The position numbers were made by a program, and so were the translations under genes. Source: a virus. Taken from it: a DNA stretch of 64,000 nt. Under the pieces are notes generated by a model, which was given only the letters and a program-made list of their open reading frames with translations, searched no databases and was not told where the DNA came from. Numbering within the stretch: position 1 is the stretch's first letter; every line of letters begins with the position of its first letter. The stretch covers positions 1 through 64,000 of the IMG/VR virus record IMGVR_UViG_3300035670_009931; one strand, given 5' to 3'. Shown piece by piece: positions 55,895 through 64,000 of the stretch.

Positions 55895-57000
55895 TATGGC
55901 ACCAACAATAGTTTAGTTGCACCAGCAGGTATAGCTTGTGTATTTGAACCACCATATGGATTGGCGGTTGCAGTAGCAGTTAATGCAGATGTTGGAACAG
56001 TAAAGTCGCCAGTATATACTGCCAGACCTTTTACTAATCTAAAATTAGTAATAAATCCCACAAATGCTGCATTAGTAGCATATAAATTAGTATTACCAAC
56101 TACAAATGGTGTAACTGTATCATTAATATTATCAGTATTGCTCACCGATGATCCACGTAAAGTACCATTTCGATATACGCTTAATGTTGTCCCTGATCTA
56201 ACAACTGCCCAATGATACCATGTATTAATTGTGGTGGCACTTGCAGAATTATAATCGGTATCAGCATCTCCCCCGCTCCAAAAATAGAACGTACCCGATT
56301 CTATACTAACACCAAAATCTATAGCAGGATAATCTCCTACGGTAAATACACGTTGAAACTGTGATAATGTAGTTTGATAACTAAACCATTCTACTGTAAA
56401 GTCACCTGTTCCCATAGCCCAATCTGAACTAGCCGGGGTTTCTATATAACTATCAGTACTGCTAATAAATGAATAGCTATTACCTCCCCCAACAAATGGG
56501 CTTTGTGTTGATGTTGTAACAGCCGATCCTATTGTAAGAGTAGGATTAGAAAAAGCGGGGACTGGTGCTTCAGCTAACCATGGTCTATGAATAACCAGTG
56601 TACTAGTTGTTCCTACTGTAGCAGTATTAGAAATATATTTGTCTGCTAACAAATCAACATCAAATATATTATAAACTCTATAATAGTTTGTAGTAGTATT
56701 TCCAGCTGATTGTCTACGTAGCTGTGCTAAATTTAATTTAGCAACTTGTCTATCTACTTTAGAAGCTAATTCAGAAATTGTATTACTACTTCCAATATAC
56801 GTACCCGAGGTTACTGCATATACCGACATGGTAGCACTCGTATCCACTTCAGTATTATTAATATAAAATTGCTGTATAGTACTAGTTGTACCTTCAGCAG
56901 CCCAAACAAGATCTGCTAATTCGGCAAATGTTGTGGTAGTATTAACACTGATAGTTAATTTTGTTGCACTATTAAGAAAACTTTGAACATAGATATCCAT
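55894..57000 (-). CDS. Structural protein with a ConA/LamG-like lectin domain
   Basis: LamG-like block NTWYHWAVVRSGTTLSVYRNG. Confidence 0.45.
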   Translation of the reverse strand: MDIYVQSFLNSATKLTISVNTTTTFAELADLVWAAEGTTSTIQQFYINNTEVDTSATMSVYAVTSGTYIGSSNTISELASKVDRQVAKLNLAQLRRQSAGNTTTNYYRVYNIFDVDLLADKYISNTATVGTTSTLVIHRPWLAEAPVPAFSNPTLTIGSAVTTSTQSPFVGGGNSYSFISSTDSYIETPASSDWAMGTGDFTVEWFSYQTTLSQFQRVFTVGDYPAIDFGVSIESGTFYFWSGGDADTDYNSASATTINTWYHWAVVRSGTTLSVYRNGTLRGSSVSNTDNINDTVTPFVVGNTNLYATNAAFVGFITNFRLVKGLAVYTGDFTVPTSALTATATANPYGGSNTQAIPAGATKLLLVP

Positions 57001-57003
57001 TAA

Positions 57004-57324
57004 TTACTCCGGTCTATGTTGATAATTTGGATATAACGAAATAGAATTTCCCTTTAAATCACTGGGGTTTTTTGGACCATTCCATCCACCACCTGCATCA
57101 TTTGTTACTGCACTTATATCTGCTATTACTACGGATGGACTATTATCATATATTCCGGAGTTACTTCTTTCAGCATCAAGCATTGCAAAAATATGCTTAA
57201 ATCTATTTGTATCTACACCTGTTTGGATAGTATCAACTCTTTCTGCTTGATCAGTATCATCTGATTCAACATCAATATCATCAATAAGATCCAAAATGTT
57301 TCTAATTATTTCTGTTGCTTTCAT
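57004..57324 (-). CDS. Hypothetical protein
   Basis: 106-aa ORF. Confidence 0.4.
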   Translation of the reverse strand: MKATEIIRNILDLIDDIDVESDDTDQAERVDTIQTGVDTNRFKHIFAMLDAERSNSGIYDNSPSVVIADISAVTNDAGGGWNGPKNPSDLKGNSISLYPNYQHRPE

Positions 57325-57339
57325 ATTATGTTATATTTA

Positions 57340-58083
57340 TCAACTATCATTGTCCGGAAACTGTTTGGTAGGTATTTCAAATGTAGTCCCATCCGGATAG
57401 CGACAAATTCCTTTTGTTATTCTTACTTCATCAATGTAACCAGATGTTAATGCAAGTCCGTTGTCTGTTCCACCTATTGATACAGATGTATCAGCATCGT
57501 ATAGTATTCCACTATAAGATTGACTATCTACTGCAACTCCATCTACATAAAAATAAAATGTATTTGATTGTCTAACTAAAGCAAGGTGATACCATCGACT
57601 AGCTTCAACTGTTGGCCCAGAATCTTCACCTAAGTTATAGGCTAATCCCAATACTGGATTTGGTACAAATCCTCTAGCATTAAATTTATCATTTACTACT
57701 CTAATTTGAAATGGGAAAAATCCAACGCCTGCTGCTTTATTAATTATAATATCAGACTCTACTGGATCTATATTACAAAATAATTCAATCGTCCAGTCTC
57801 CTGTAGTTAAGTCAAAATCAGAGTCATTCGGAGTTGTTATATATGAATCTACGTTATTAAAAAATCCACTGGCTCCACCAAATTTACTAATAGAAGTTGA
57901 TATTACTGCACCACCGAATGCACTAACTATTTTAGTCCTAGTACTGCTATCAATAAAATCAGTTGAACCATCAGTTCCATTCATGTGAAGTAACAGTGAT
58001 ACATTATCAAATAATGCATCCTGATTAAAAACTGCACTTCTTCCAAAACCATATAGTCCAGTAATTGATGATATAAATGGCAT
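57340..58083 (-). CDS. Structural protein with a ConA/LamG-like lectin domain
   Basis: SRWYHLALVRQSNTFYFYVDGVAV. Confidence 0.45.
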   Translation of the reverse strand: MPFISSITGLYGFGRSAVFNQDALFDNVSLLLHMNGTDGSTDFIDSSTRTKIVSAFGGAVISTSISKFGGASGFFNNVDSYITTPNDSDFDLTTGDWTIELFCNIDPVESDIIINKAAGVGFFPFQIRVVNDKFNARGFVPNPVLGLAYNLGEDSGPTVEASRWYHLALVRQSNTFYFYVDGVAVDSQSYSGILYDADTSVSIGGTDNGLALTSGYIDEVRITKGICRYPDGTTFEIPTKQFPDNDS

Positions 58084-58086
58084 GTT

Positions 58087-59025
58087 TTATCCGAAAGATA
58101 CTAATTGTCCAAGCACAGTACAGGAATTTATATTACCTGTATTAAGTAATGTAAATGACATTACATCAACACTATTTGAAACACCGGAAGGTATTATTCC
58201 ACCCTGCCAATTAATATTTTGATAATTACTATCGATGCTTAATTGAGTAGGGATATAAGCAGTAGCCCCTTGATTTAATAATAAAATTATAATTGTGGAA
58301 TATCCAGAATCTAATGTTAAATTAGTTAAATTAACTGTAAAAGTATTTGATATATCTGTATGATTGAATACTTTTGATATACTTGCATCATGATCTACTA
58401 TCCCAGATGCATTTGTTATACTTGCAAAAGATTCTTGTACTTGATTAATAACTAAAGAATTACCAACATATAATTTTCCGCCTATTCCAACTCCACCAAC
58501 CACAGACAATGCGCCGGAATCAGTAGATGAAGACTGTGTATCATTGGTTATTGTTATAGAATTATCTGTAGTATTTCCATATCCAACCACGGTATCTAGA
58601 TCAGCAACAGACCATATAGTCCAGGTATTCCCTTCTTGTACAACTTGTGTACCTGTTCCATTTTGTATTACTATACTAAGACCAGAAACACCTTGACTTC
58701 CTTGAATACCCTGACTTCCTTGAACACCTTCTAATCCTTGGAAACCCTGTGCACCCTGTACACCTTGACTTCCTTGAAACCCCTGAAAACCTTGATACCC
58801 TTGATTTCCTTGGAAACCTTGATATCCTTGCGAACCTTGTATTCCTTGGTGACCTTGTATACCTTGAACACCTTGATGTCCTTGTGATCCCTGTACTCCT
58901 TGAAACCCTTGGCTACCCAATTGTGCTTGACCTAACCATTTAGCACCATCAAATGTATATGTTACATTGTTAGTACCGAGATATACGGTACCGGTACTAG
59001 GGTTTGATGGAAAATCTAAAACCAT
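58087..59025 (-). CDS. Collagen-like-repeat tail-fibre protein
   Basis: About 30 consecutive G-X-Y triplets (GSQGFQGVQGSQGHQG...). Confidence 0.6.
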   Translation of the reverse strand: MVLDFPSNPSTGTVYLGTNNVTYTFDGAKWLGQAQLGSQGFQGVQGSQGHQGVQGIQGHQGIQGSQGYQGFQGNQGYQGFQGFQGSQGVQGAQGFQGLEGVQGSQGIQGSQGVSGLSIVIQNGTGTQVVQEGNTWTIWSVADLDTVVGYGNTTDNSITITNDTQSSSTDSGALSVVGGVGIGGKLYVGNSLVINQVQESFASITNASGIVDHDASISKVFNHTDISNTFTVNLTNLTLDSGYSTIIILLLNQGATAYIPTQLSIDSNYQNINWQGGIIPSGVSNSVDVMSFTLLNTGNINSCTVLGQLVSFG

Positions 59026-59045
59026 TTTGAAATCCTTTTATTATA

Positions 59046-59053
59046 TATTTATG
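59046..59053 (-). promoter_or_regulatory. Late-promoter-like motif cATAAATA upstream of the collagen-like fibre gene
   Basis: Minus strand has CATAAATA about 25 nt upstream of the ATG at 59025. Confidence 0.25.
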
Positions 59054-59065
59054 GTATTAAAAATA

Positions 59066-60787
59066 TTAAATTCTAACATATCCCCAATTTACTACTTGAG
59101 TAGATGAACTATTATTTGTAATTCCAAATGAGAAAACATTAGAATTTGTAGTAACTACAGTGGCAGAACTAATTGTTCCTACAGTGCCGATTATTTGATT
59201 TGGGATAGAATCAAGAACCAAATTATTCCCTTCAGCATAATACCACCCATATTGATTACCAATTGCTGGAACATTACTATTTGATAATGATACAGTTGCA
59301 TTCCATACTACAATACCATTAGGAATATTTCCTCTGACCCACATTGTATATGATGTATTTTGACTAACAGTAAAACTTACGGTATTAGCACCAGGTTCTA
59401 ATGACCAAGAACCTGCACCAGTTTTATAAGCAGTAGTTTGAACGGTGCTATCTGGGAAAGTTATGCCCCCATCAATACCAAATGTCCAGGATTTGCTTGT
59501 ATAATTAGTTTTTATTACAAGTGTTCCATCAGAACTAATAGATAGTTCAGTAGCAGTAGAATTTAAAATGGCCAACCCATTTGATCCTGTTAGATCTATG
59601 TTATTGAAAGTAGGAGAATCCGTAGTATTAAGATTTTGATCAAAATTAGTAGATGTATATGCGGTATTTTGAATAGACCCATCTGGGAATACTAATTCAC
59701 CATCTACATTCATTGTCCATGTATTAACATTTATTTCGTCACTAGCTATAAAATCTATACTACTACTATCACCATTAATTAAAATTTTTGTACTTTGACC
59801 TGCACCTAATTCTAGTTTTCCATCATTTGATCTAGTTGCGCCAGCTTTAATTATTAATTTCCAATCTTCTGCATTTTCGATAATATGATCACCTGGACTA
59901 TCTGCTAATATATCTATAGCAATACCTGGAATTAATGACTGCCTAGGTAGTACAAATTTTCTATCATATGTAAATTTCCATTCACCAATTATTTCATTAC
60001 CATCGTTACTTCCAATAGTAACTCCATTTTCTATATCAGAAATTTTAACATGATTATATTTGCCACCTAGCCATAATGCGGCATTTGATCTATCTCTTTC
60101 CCCCCCAGTTCTTATATGAACATGATTTTCAGCACTATTTGGATCTATGACGATGTATTGATGATAATCACTAGCAGTTGTTGCATATATTAGTTGAAAA
60201 TCTGGGATTAATTCAATAATAGAATTATTATATCCTTCTTGAGATATATTATTAAAACTACGTATTACTGAATTTCCTGAAGGCAAAAATAAGGTAGTTC
60301 CAGTGGAATCTATAGATAAACTTGATCCATTATTTCTTAAAGATGATGTAGTTGCAGAATCTATACCATTAACTGTTAATCTACCATCTACAATTGATAA
60401 AGGTGTGCCACCAAGATATATTGTACTAGAACCAACATATAGACTTCTCCATTGACTACTAGTGCTACCCAAATCATATGTTAAATCTGCACCCGGTAAT
60501 ATATGTGAAGTCACAGTAGTTAAATCAACCGGATCCGCTACAGGCGGCGCAGCATCTACCCAAAACCCGTCATAATAAATGAAATTCCTACCGCTTACAG
60601 TATCATACCAAATTGTTCCTTCAGTTGAAGTTGTAGGTGGAAATGCATTTACTATAATTACACTACTATCTGTGCTACTTGCAGATAATTCAGCAAAATT
60701 ATTATTAATTTTATAGAATGCAGTTCGTAAACTGTCACCATCCCCCGCATTTGCACCACTGCCAGTATTAACATATTGAATAGTCAT
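59066..60787 (-). CDS. Tail-fibre/structural protein
   Basis: 573 aa. The N-terminus GDGDSLRTAFYKINNNFAEL is typical of phage fibre proteins. The rest is S/T/N-rich and beta-rich. Confidence 0.5.
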   Translation of the reverse strand: MTIQYVNTGSGANAGDGDSLRTAFYKINNNFAELSASSTDSSVIIVNAFPPTTSTEGTIWYDTVSGRNFIYYDGFWVDAAPPVADPVDLTTVTSHILPGADLTYDLGSTSSQWRSLYVGSSTIYLGGTPLSIVDGRLTVNGIDSATTSSLRNNGSSLSIDSTGTTLFLPSGNSVIRSFNNISQEGYNNSIIELIPDFQLIYATTASDYHQYIVIDPNSAENHVHIRTGGERDRSNAALWLGGKYNHVKISDIENGVTIGSNDGNEIIGEWKFTYDRKFVLPRQSLIPGIAIDILADSPGDHIIENAEDWKLIIKAGATRSNDGKLELGAGQSTKILINGDSSSIDFIASDEINVNTWTMNVDGELVFPDGSIQNTAYTSTNFDQNLNTTDSPTFNNIDLTGSNGLAILNSTATELSISSDGTLVIKTNYTSKSWTFGIDGGITFPDSTVQTTAYKTGAGSWSLEPGANTVSFTVSQNTSYTMWVRGNIPNGIVVWNATVSLSNSNVPAIGNQYGWYYAEGNNLVLDSIPNQIIGTVGTISSATVVTTNSNVFSFGITNNSSSTQVVNWGYVRI

Positions 60788-60893
60788 TTTTTTTCCTGAG
60801 TATAACGAAATATAATATATTTAGTTGCTTTTCGCCTAAAAACATGATACACTGTCACTACGAGCAAGCATAAATAACTATGTATAAAATAAA

Positions 60894-61400
60894 ATGGCAA
60901 CACTAATTCTTAATGCAGATGCATCACCTATATCATTGCTGCCACTAAGTGTAATTTCTTGGGAAGAAGCAATCAGATATTTAGTAAGTGAAAAAGCAAC
61001 ACCGATTGAATGGTACGAAGATTGGATCGTGCGATCAGCACGATGGGACACTCGCGTCCCAGCAGTTATGATGTTGAATGAATTTCAAAAAACTAAGAAA
61101 ACAATTAGGTTCAGTAAGCAAAATGTATTTCTTCGGGATGAATACATATGTCAATATTGTGGAACTGAAGTTACCAGTAAAACTGCAACATTAGATCATG
61201 TATTACCGCAAAGTTATGGTGGTACTAGTACTTGGTTAAATTGCACCACTGCTTGTGGAATATGTAACTCTAAAAAAGGAAATAATAAAAGTATTATTCC
61301 AAATTCAAAACCATGGAAACCTGATTTTTGGTCTCTAGTAAATAAGAGAAAGAAATTGGGGTGGCAAGTTGCACACGAATCATGGAATAATTATATATAA
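60894..61400 (+). CDS. HNH endonuclease (free-standing)
   Basis: CQYCG...LDHVLPQSYGG...N...CGICNSKK gives a Cys4 HNH motif. Confidence 0.65.
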   Translation: MATLILNADASPISLLPLSVISWEEAIRYLVSEKATPIEWYEDWIVRSARWDTRVPAVMMLNEFQKTKKTIRFSKQNVFLRDEYICQYCGTEVTSKTATLDHVLPQSYGGTSTWLNCTTACGICNSKKGNNKSIIPNSKPWKPDFWSLVNKRKKLGWQVAHESWNNYI

Positions 61401-61426
61401 AAAAACGCCCCACTGGGGCGTTTTTC
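61401..61426. terminator. Bidirectional rho-independent terminator between the HNH and infA genes
   Basis: AAAAACGCCCCActgGGGGCGTTTTT, flanked by A/T runs on both strands. Confidence 0.6.
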
Positions 61427-61643
61427 ATTTGTCTCTGTAAACTATTCGTCCTTTAGATGTATCATATGGACTCAGTTCCATGACAACACGATCACCTTCT
61501 AAAATTTGAATTTTATTTTGTCGTATTTTTCCACTTATGTGTCCCAGAATAGTAGAACCAGTTTCCAACTTTACTCTAAACATTGCATTAGGTAAAATCT
61601 GTTCAACTACACCATCTAAAGTTATAAAATCACTTTTTGCCAT
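61425..61643 (-). CDS. infA: Translation initiation factor IF-1
   Basis: The whole 72-aa product aligns with E. coli IF1 ([13 protein letters not shown]...[36 protein letters not shown]). Confidence 0.8.
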   Translation of the reverse strand: MAKSDFITLDGVVEQILPNAMFRVKLETGSTILGHISGKIRQNKIQILEGDRVVMELSPYDTSKGRIVYRDK

Positions 61644-61662
61644 TTATTAATATTTTCCTTTG

Positions 61663-62985
61663 TTAAATTTTTTCCCCAGTTTCAAATCCCCTAAATCTAA
61701 TAAATCTGGGAAAACGTAAACTATAAGTACCATCTTGATTTAAAGTAATACCATCAGCCCTGATTTCAACAATTTGACCAATGATATTACTACGATTATT
61801 CCAAAAATTATCTCTATCAATATCAGTAAACCCACTGCCAACATTGACGGAAATATTTTTCCCGTCGTCATGTCCCTCGCAAACCAATGCCCCCAAGCGT
61901 CCAACATTTCTTCCTGTACCCTCTTCAACATTGATTACCTCCAAAGAAACATCAATAAATGGTTTAAGTTTTAGCCAAGCATGTGAACGTTTGCATTCAT
62001 ATGGCGCGAGAGGATCTTTAATCATGATCCCTTCATATCCACCATTAATTGCTGTTTGATTGATTTTCTTGAAAATCTGCTGACCTTCTTTGGTGTTAAG
62101 ATTAATGGTTTCATGTGCAAGAATTTTAATGTTACCAAGATCAAAAGATGATTCATTATCCTCATACCATTTACGAAGCATCATACTACGAATCTTTTGA
62201 TTTGTTTCCCAAAATCCCAGTTGAAAATTTTCTAGCGGAATCAGATCAAATAGATATAGAGTTGCGTCGTCTGCATTGACATTACTTTTTCTATACACCT
62301 GCTTCATTAGGTCTTGAAAACTACTACTCATTACTTCCCCATCAAATACATATGGCTTTGTAATAGAGGAAGCAACTTTGGCAAATTGCTTTTTGATATT
62401 TTCAAAATTTAGAAGTTCTTTGCCGTTACGACTGTATTGAACAACATTACCATCAGGATATACAATAGTAAGTACTCTAACACCATCTAGTTTTACTTCA
62501 ATAAGCTTTTCACCAGAAACTTTAGATTGATGATTTAAACTGTCATGCGCAAGTTGACAGCCAAATACAGGAATGGAATATAGTGGCCACTTTTTTTCAA
62601 CTACTTTATTAATAGTTTTTTCGCTAACACCACAACGAAGATCCTTAATTAGAATACGTCTGTACCAGCGATTCCATTCCTCGTTAGTGGCACTGTTCAT
62701 AAGATTTTCAATTAAATCACGGGCAGCATTACCAGTAATCTTACGGGACATCAGTTGGTAAACATTACCCTTGAATGAATCCCAACTGAGTCCAGTACCA
62801 TCTACACCAGATCTTTCAGGAACTTGTTTAATTCCAAATGTAATCAATGGATCAATAGCAAGACGACAACCTTCAAAAAAGATATCGTTTGATTCAACGG
62901 CCAAAGCTTCAATGATTTGTTCTTTGTTGATACGACTTGGATGATTCTCCAAGTTCGCAATAGCGAACGTGCAGCTAGAAATCAT
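61663..62985 (-). CDS. ATP-dependent DNA ligase
   Basis: Adenylation motif I KLDGVR (IEVKLDGVRVLT). 440 aa. Confidence 0.7.
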   Translation of the reverse strand: MISSCTFAIANLENHPSRINKEQIIEALAVESNDIFFEGCRLAIDPLITFGIKQVPERSGVDGTGLSWDSFKGNVYQLMSRKITGNAARDLIENLMNSATNEEWNRWYRRILIKDLRCGVSEKTINKVVEKKWPLYSIPVFGCQLAHDSLNHQSKVSGEKLIEVKLDGVRVLTIVYPDGNVVQYSRNGKELLNFENIKKQFAKVASSITKPYVFDGEVMSSSFQDLMKQVYRKSNVNADDATLYLFDLIPLENFQLGFWETNQKIRSMMLRKWYEDNESSFDLGNIKILAHETINLNTKEGQQIFKKINQTAINGGYEGIMIKDPLAPYECKRSHAWLKLKPFIDVSLEVINVEEGTGRNVGRLGALVCEGHDDGKNISVNVGSGFTDIDRDNFWNNRSNIIGQIVEIRADGITLNQDGTYSLRFPRFIRFRGFETGEKI

Positions 62986-63049
62986 AATTAAAATAAGAAA
63001 GAGTTGAGATGGCTCATTCTAACATGGATACAATGATCTGTCAACTCTA

Positions 63050-63319
63050 TTATTTGCGTCTTTTTTTGCCACCACGGGTTGGACCGGAATAATCTTTTAC
63101 TGGACCACCATGACGCTCACTGCGCATTTTCTTGCCCATTAATTTTACTCCAGTACCTTTTTTACCTTGTGTACCAGTTCCAGCAGTGTGCTTTGAATCA
63201 TGAGCTTTATAACCCAAACTTACACATTGGCTATATCTGACATTGCTAAGACCGGGTTTAGAACACTGACTCTTAGAAGGCTTTGGTATTTTCTTTTCAA
63301 TGATATCACGTAGACGCAT
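63050..63319 (-). CDS. Basic hypothetical protein
   Basis: 89 aa, K/R/G-rich (…GGKKRRK). Confidence 0.4.
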   Translation of the reverse strand: MRLRDIIEKKIPKPSKSQCSKPGLSNVRYSQCVSLGYKAHDSKHTAGTGTQGKKGTGVKLMGKKMRSERHGGPVKDYSGPTRGGKKRRK

Positions 63320-63330
63320 AACTTTATTTA

Positions 63331-63642
63331 TTATTTAAATAAAATTAAGCTCATTATGATAGTCTGTGCCACAAATCCAATAGCGATCACTGTTACATAT
63401 AGATTATTTTTTTCAATAAGACTCTTAAAAAACAGAGCTAACAAACTAGCCCATATAAAAAGAACACTGTCCACTGGAGGCAATTGATCACTCTTACCTA
63501 ACAAAACGGTAATCAGTGTTGGTGTAAAAGCAACATGTGCTAAAATAATTGCCAATAAACCAAAAGTCTTTGCACTTATTTTACCAAAATGGTCTTTGAA
63601 AAAATTTACAATATATTCGCTAACTGAGGTTACTTTATCCAT
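63331..63642 (-). CDS. Small membrane protein (about 3 TM)
   Basis: 103 aa, hydrophobic. Confidence 0.45.
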   Translation of the reverse strand: MDKVTSVSEYIVNFFKDHFGKISAKTFGLLAIILAHVAFTPTLITVLLGKSDQLPPVDSVLFIWASLLALFFKSLIEKNNLYVTVIAIGFVAQTIIMSLILFK

Positions 63643-63652
63643 GATTTATCCT

Positions 63653-64000
63653 TTACTTATAAAAAATATGCCGACCAATTTTTGCTACACGTTGTTTGCG
63701 CCATTTTGGATTAACATAATCCGCATGATAGAATAATGATTCTGTAATGCTAGGCAACCTAAAACCTTCAAGCAATACTTTTTTTGCTACTTCCATACTT
63801 TGTTCATATGCTTCTTTATGAATAGGTTTAATAATAGCTGCTCTGTCACAATACCAACTAAATTGGCATACAGTTCTTTCATAGATAACATTTTTTTGAT
63901 AAACCACTTTGCATATATCATTTGGAAATAATCCTGATTTTACACGATTGATAGTAACTTGTGCAACCGCTACCTGACCTTCGAATGGTTCATTTGCTGC
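63653..64000 (-). CDS. SleB-like cell-wall hydrolase (Hydrolase_2 family), 5'-partial at the window edge
   Basis: The frame stays open past 63907 to the window end. AANEPFEGQVAVAQVTINRVKSGLFPNDICKVVYQ...QFSWYCD matches the SleB core. Confidence 0.55.
   Translation of the reverse strand, partial: AANEPFEGQVAVAQVTINRVKSGLFPNDICKVVYQKNVIYERTVCQFSWYCDRAAIIKPIHKEAYEQSMEVAKKVLLEGFRLPSITESLFYHADYVNPKWRKQRVAKIGRHIFYK

Noticed and set aside
1-64000. CRISPR arrays, integrases and transposases
   Set aside because: No direct-repeat/spacer periodicity and no recombinase-like ORFs were seen. The only mobile-type elements are the HNH-type endonuclease genes.

Overview
The window is AT-rich (roughly one-third GC by eye) and densely coding, with almost every gene on the minus strand. 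The gene content points to a large T4-like marine myovirus, most plausibly a cyanomyovirus. That call is inference from gene content; no search was run.

Supporting content, in window order:
- Bilin genes: heme oxygenase (ho1) plus phycocyanobilin:ferredoxin oxidoreductase (pcyA).
- Stress genes: small heat-shock protein Hsp20 and a rubrerythrin/rubredoxin pair.
- Nucleotide metabolism: class Ia ribonucleotide reductase (nrdA/nrdB), glutaredoxin, a GMP-reductase-like enzyme and an ATP-dependent DNA ligase.
- Several 2OG-Fe(II) oxygenases.
- A roughly 12 kb cluster for glycan or LPS modification (15.5-27.4 kb) with a DNA cytosine-5 methyltransferase embedded in it.
- Two consensus sigma70-type promoters (TTGACA-N17-TATAAT), one near-consensus (TACAAT -10) and one weaker (TTGAAA -35), and several T4-type late TATAAATA motifs.
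- A tRNA-Tyr.
- A structural module (54.5-60.8 kb) with collagen-like and lectin-like tail-fibre proteins.

The most striking feature is nrdA. It is a 'fractured gene': the N-extein fused to the N-terminal half of a split intein, then a free-standing HNH-like homing endonuclease ORF in another frame, then a separately initiated C-terminal intein half (35 aa) fused to the C-extein.

Other notable items:
- Phage-encoded translation and proteostasis factors: ribosomal protein S21, initiation factor IF-1, ClpX and ClpS.
- A likely CDP-dideoxy/branched-sugar pathway: an E1-type dehydrase in which His replaces the catalytic Lys, next to a thiamine-pyrophosphate (TPP) enzyme split into two ORFs.
- An 838-aa protein combining a GH19 lysozyme domain with two ParB-like nuclease domains.
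- A 999-aa protein with a GC-rich Gly/Ala/Thr low-complexity core and two sets of tandem repeats.
- A set of envelope-targeted proteins: an outer-membrane beta-barrel, a glycine-zipper protein, an SPFH lipoprotein, a second lipoprotein and a secreted thermonuclease.

Many plus-strand ORFs in the supplied track lie antisense inside real minus-strand genes and are treated as spurious.
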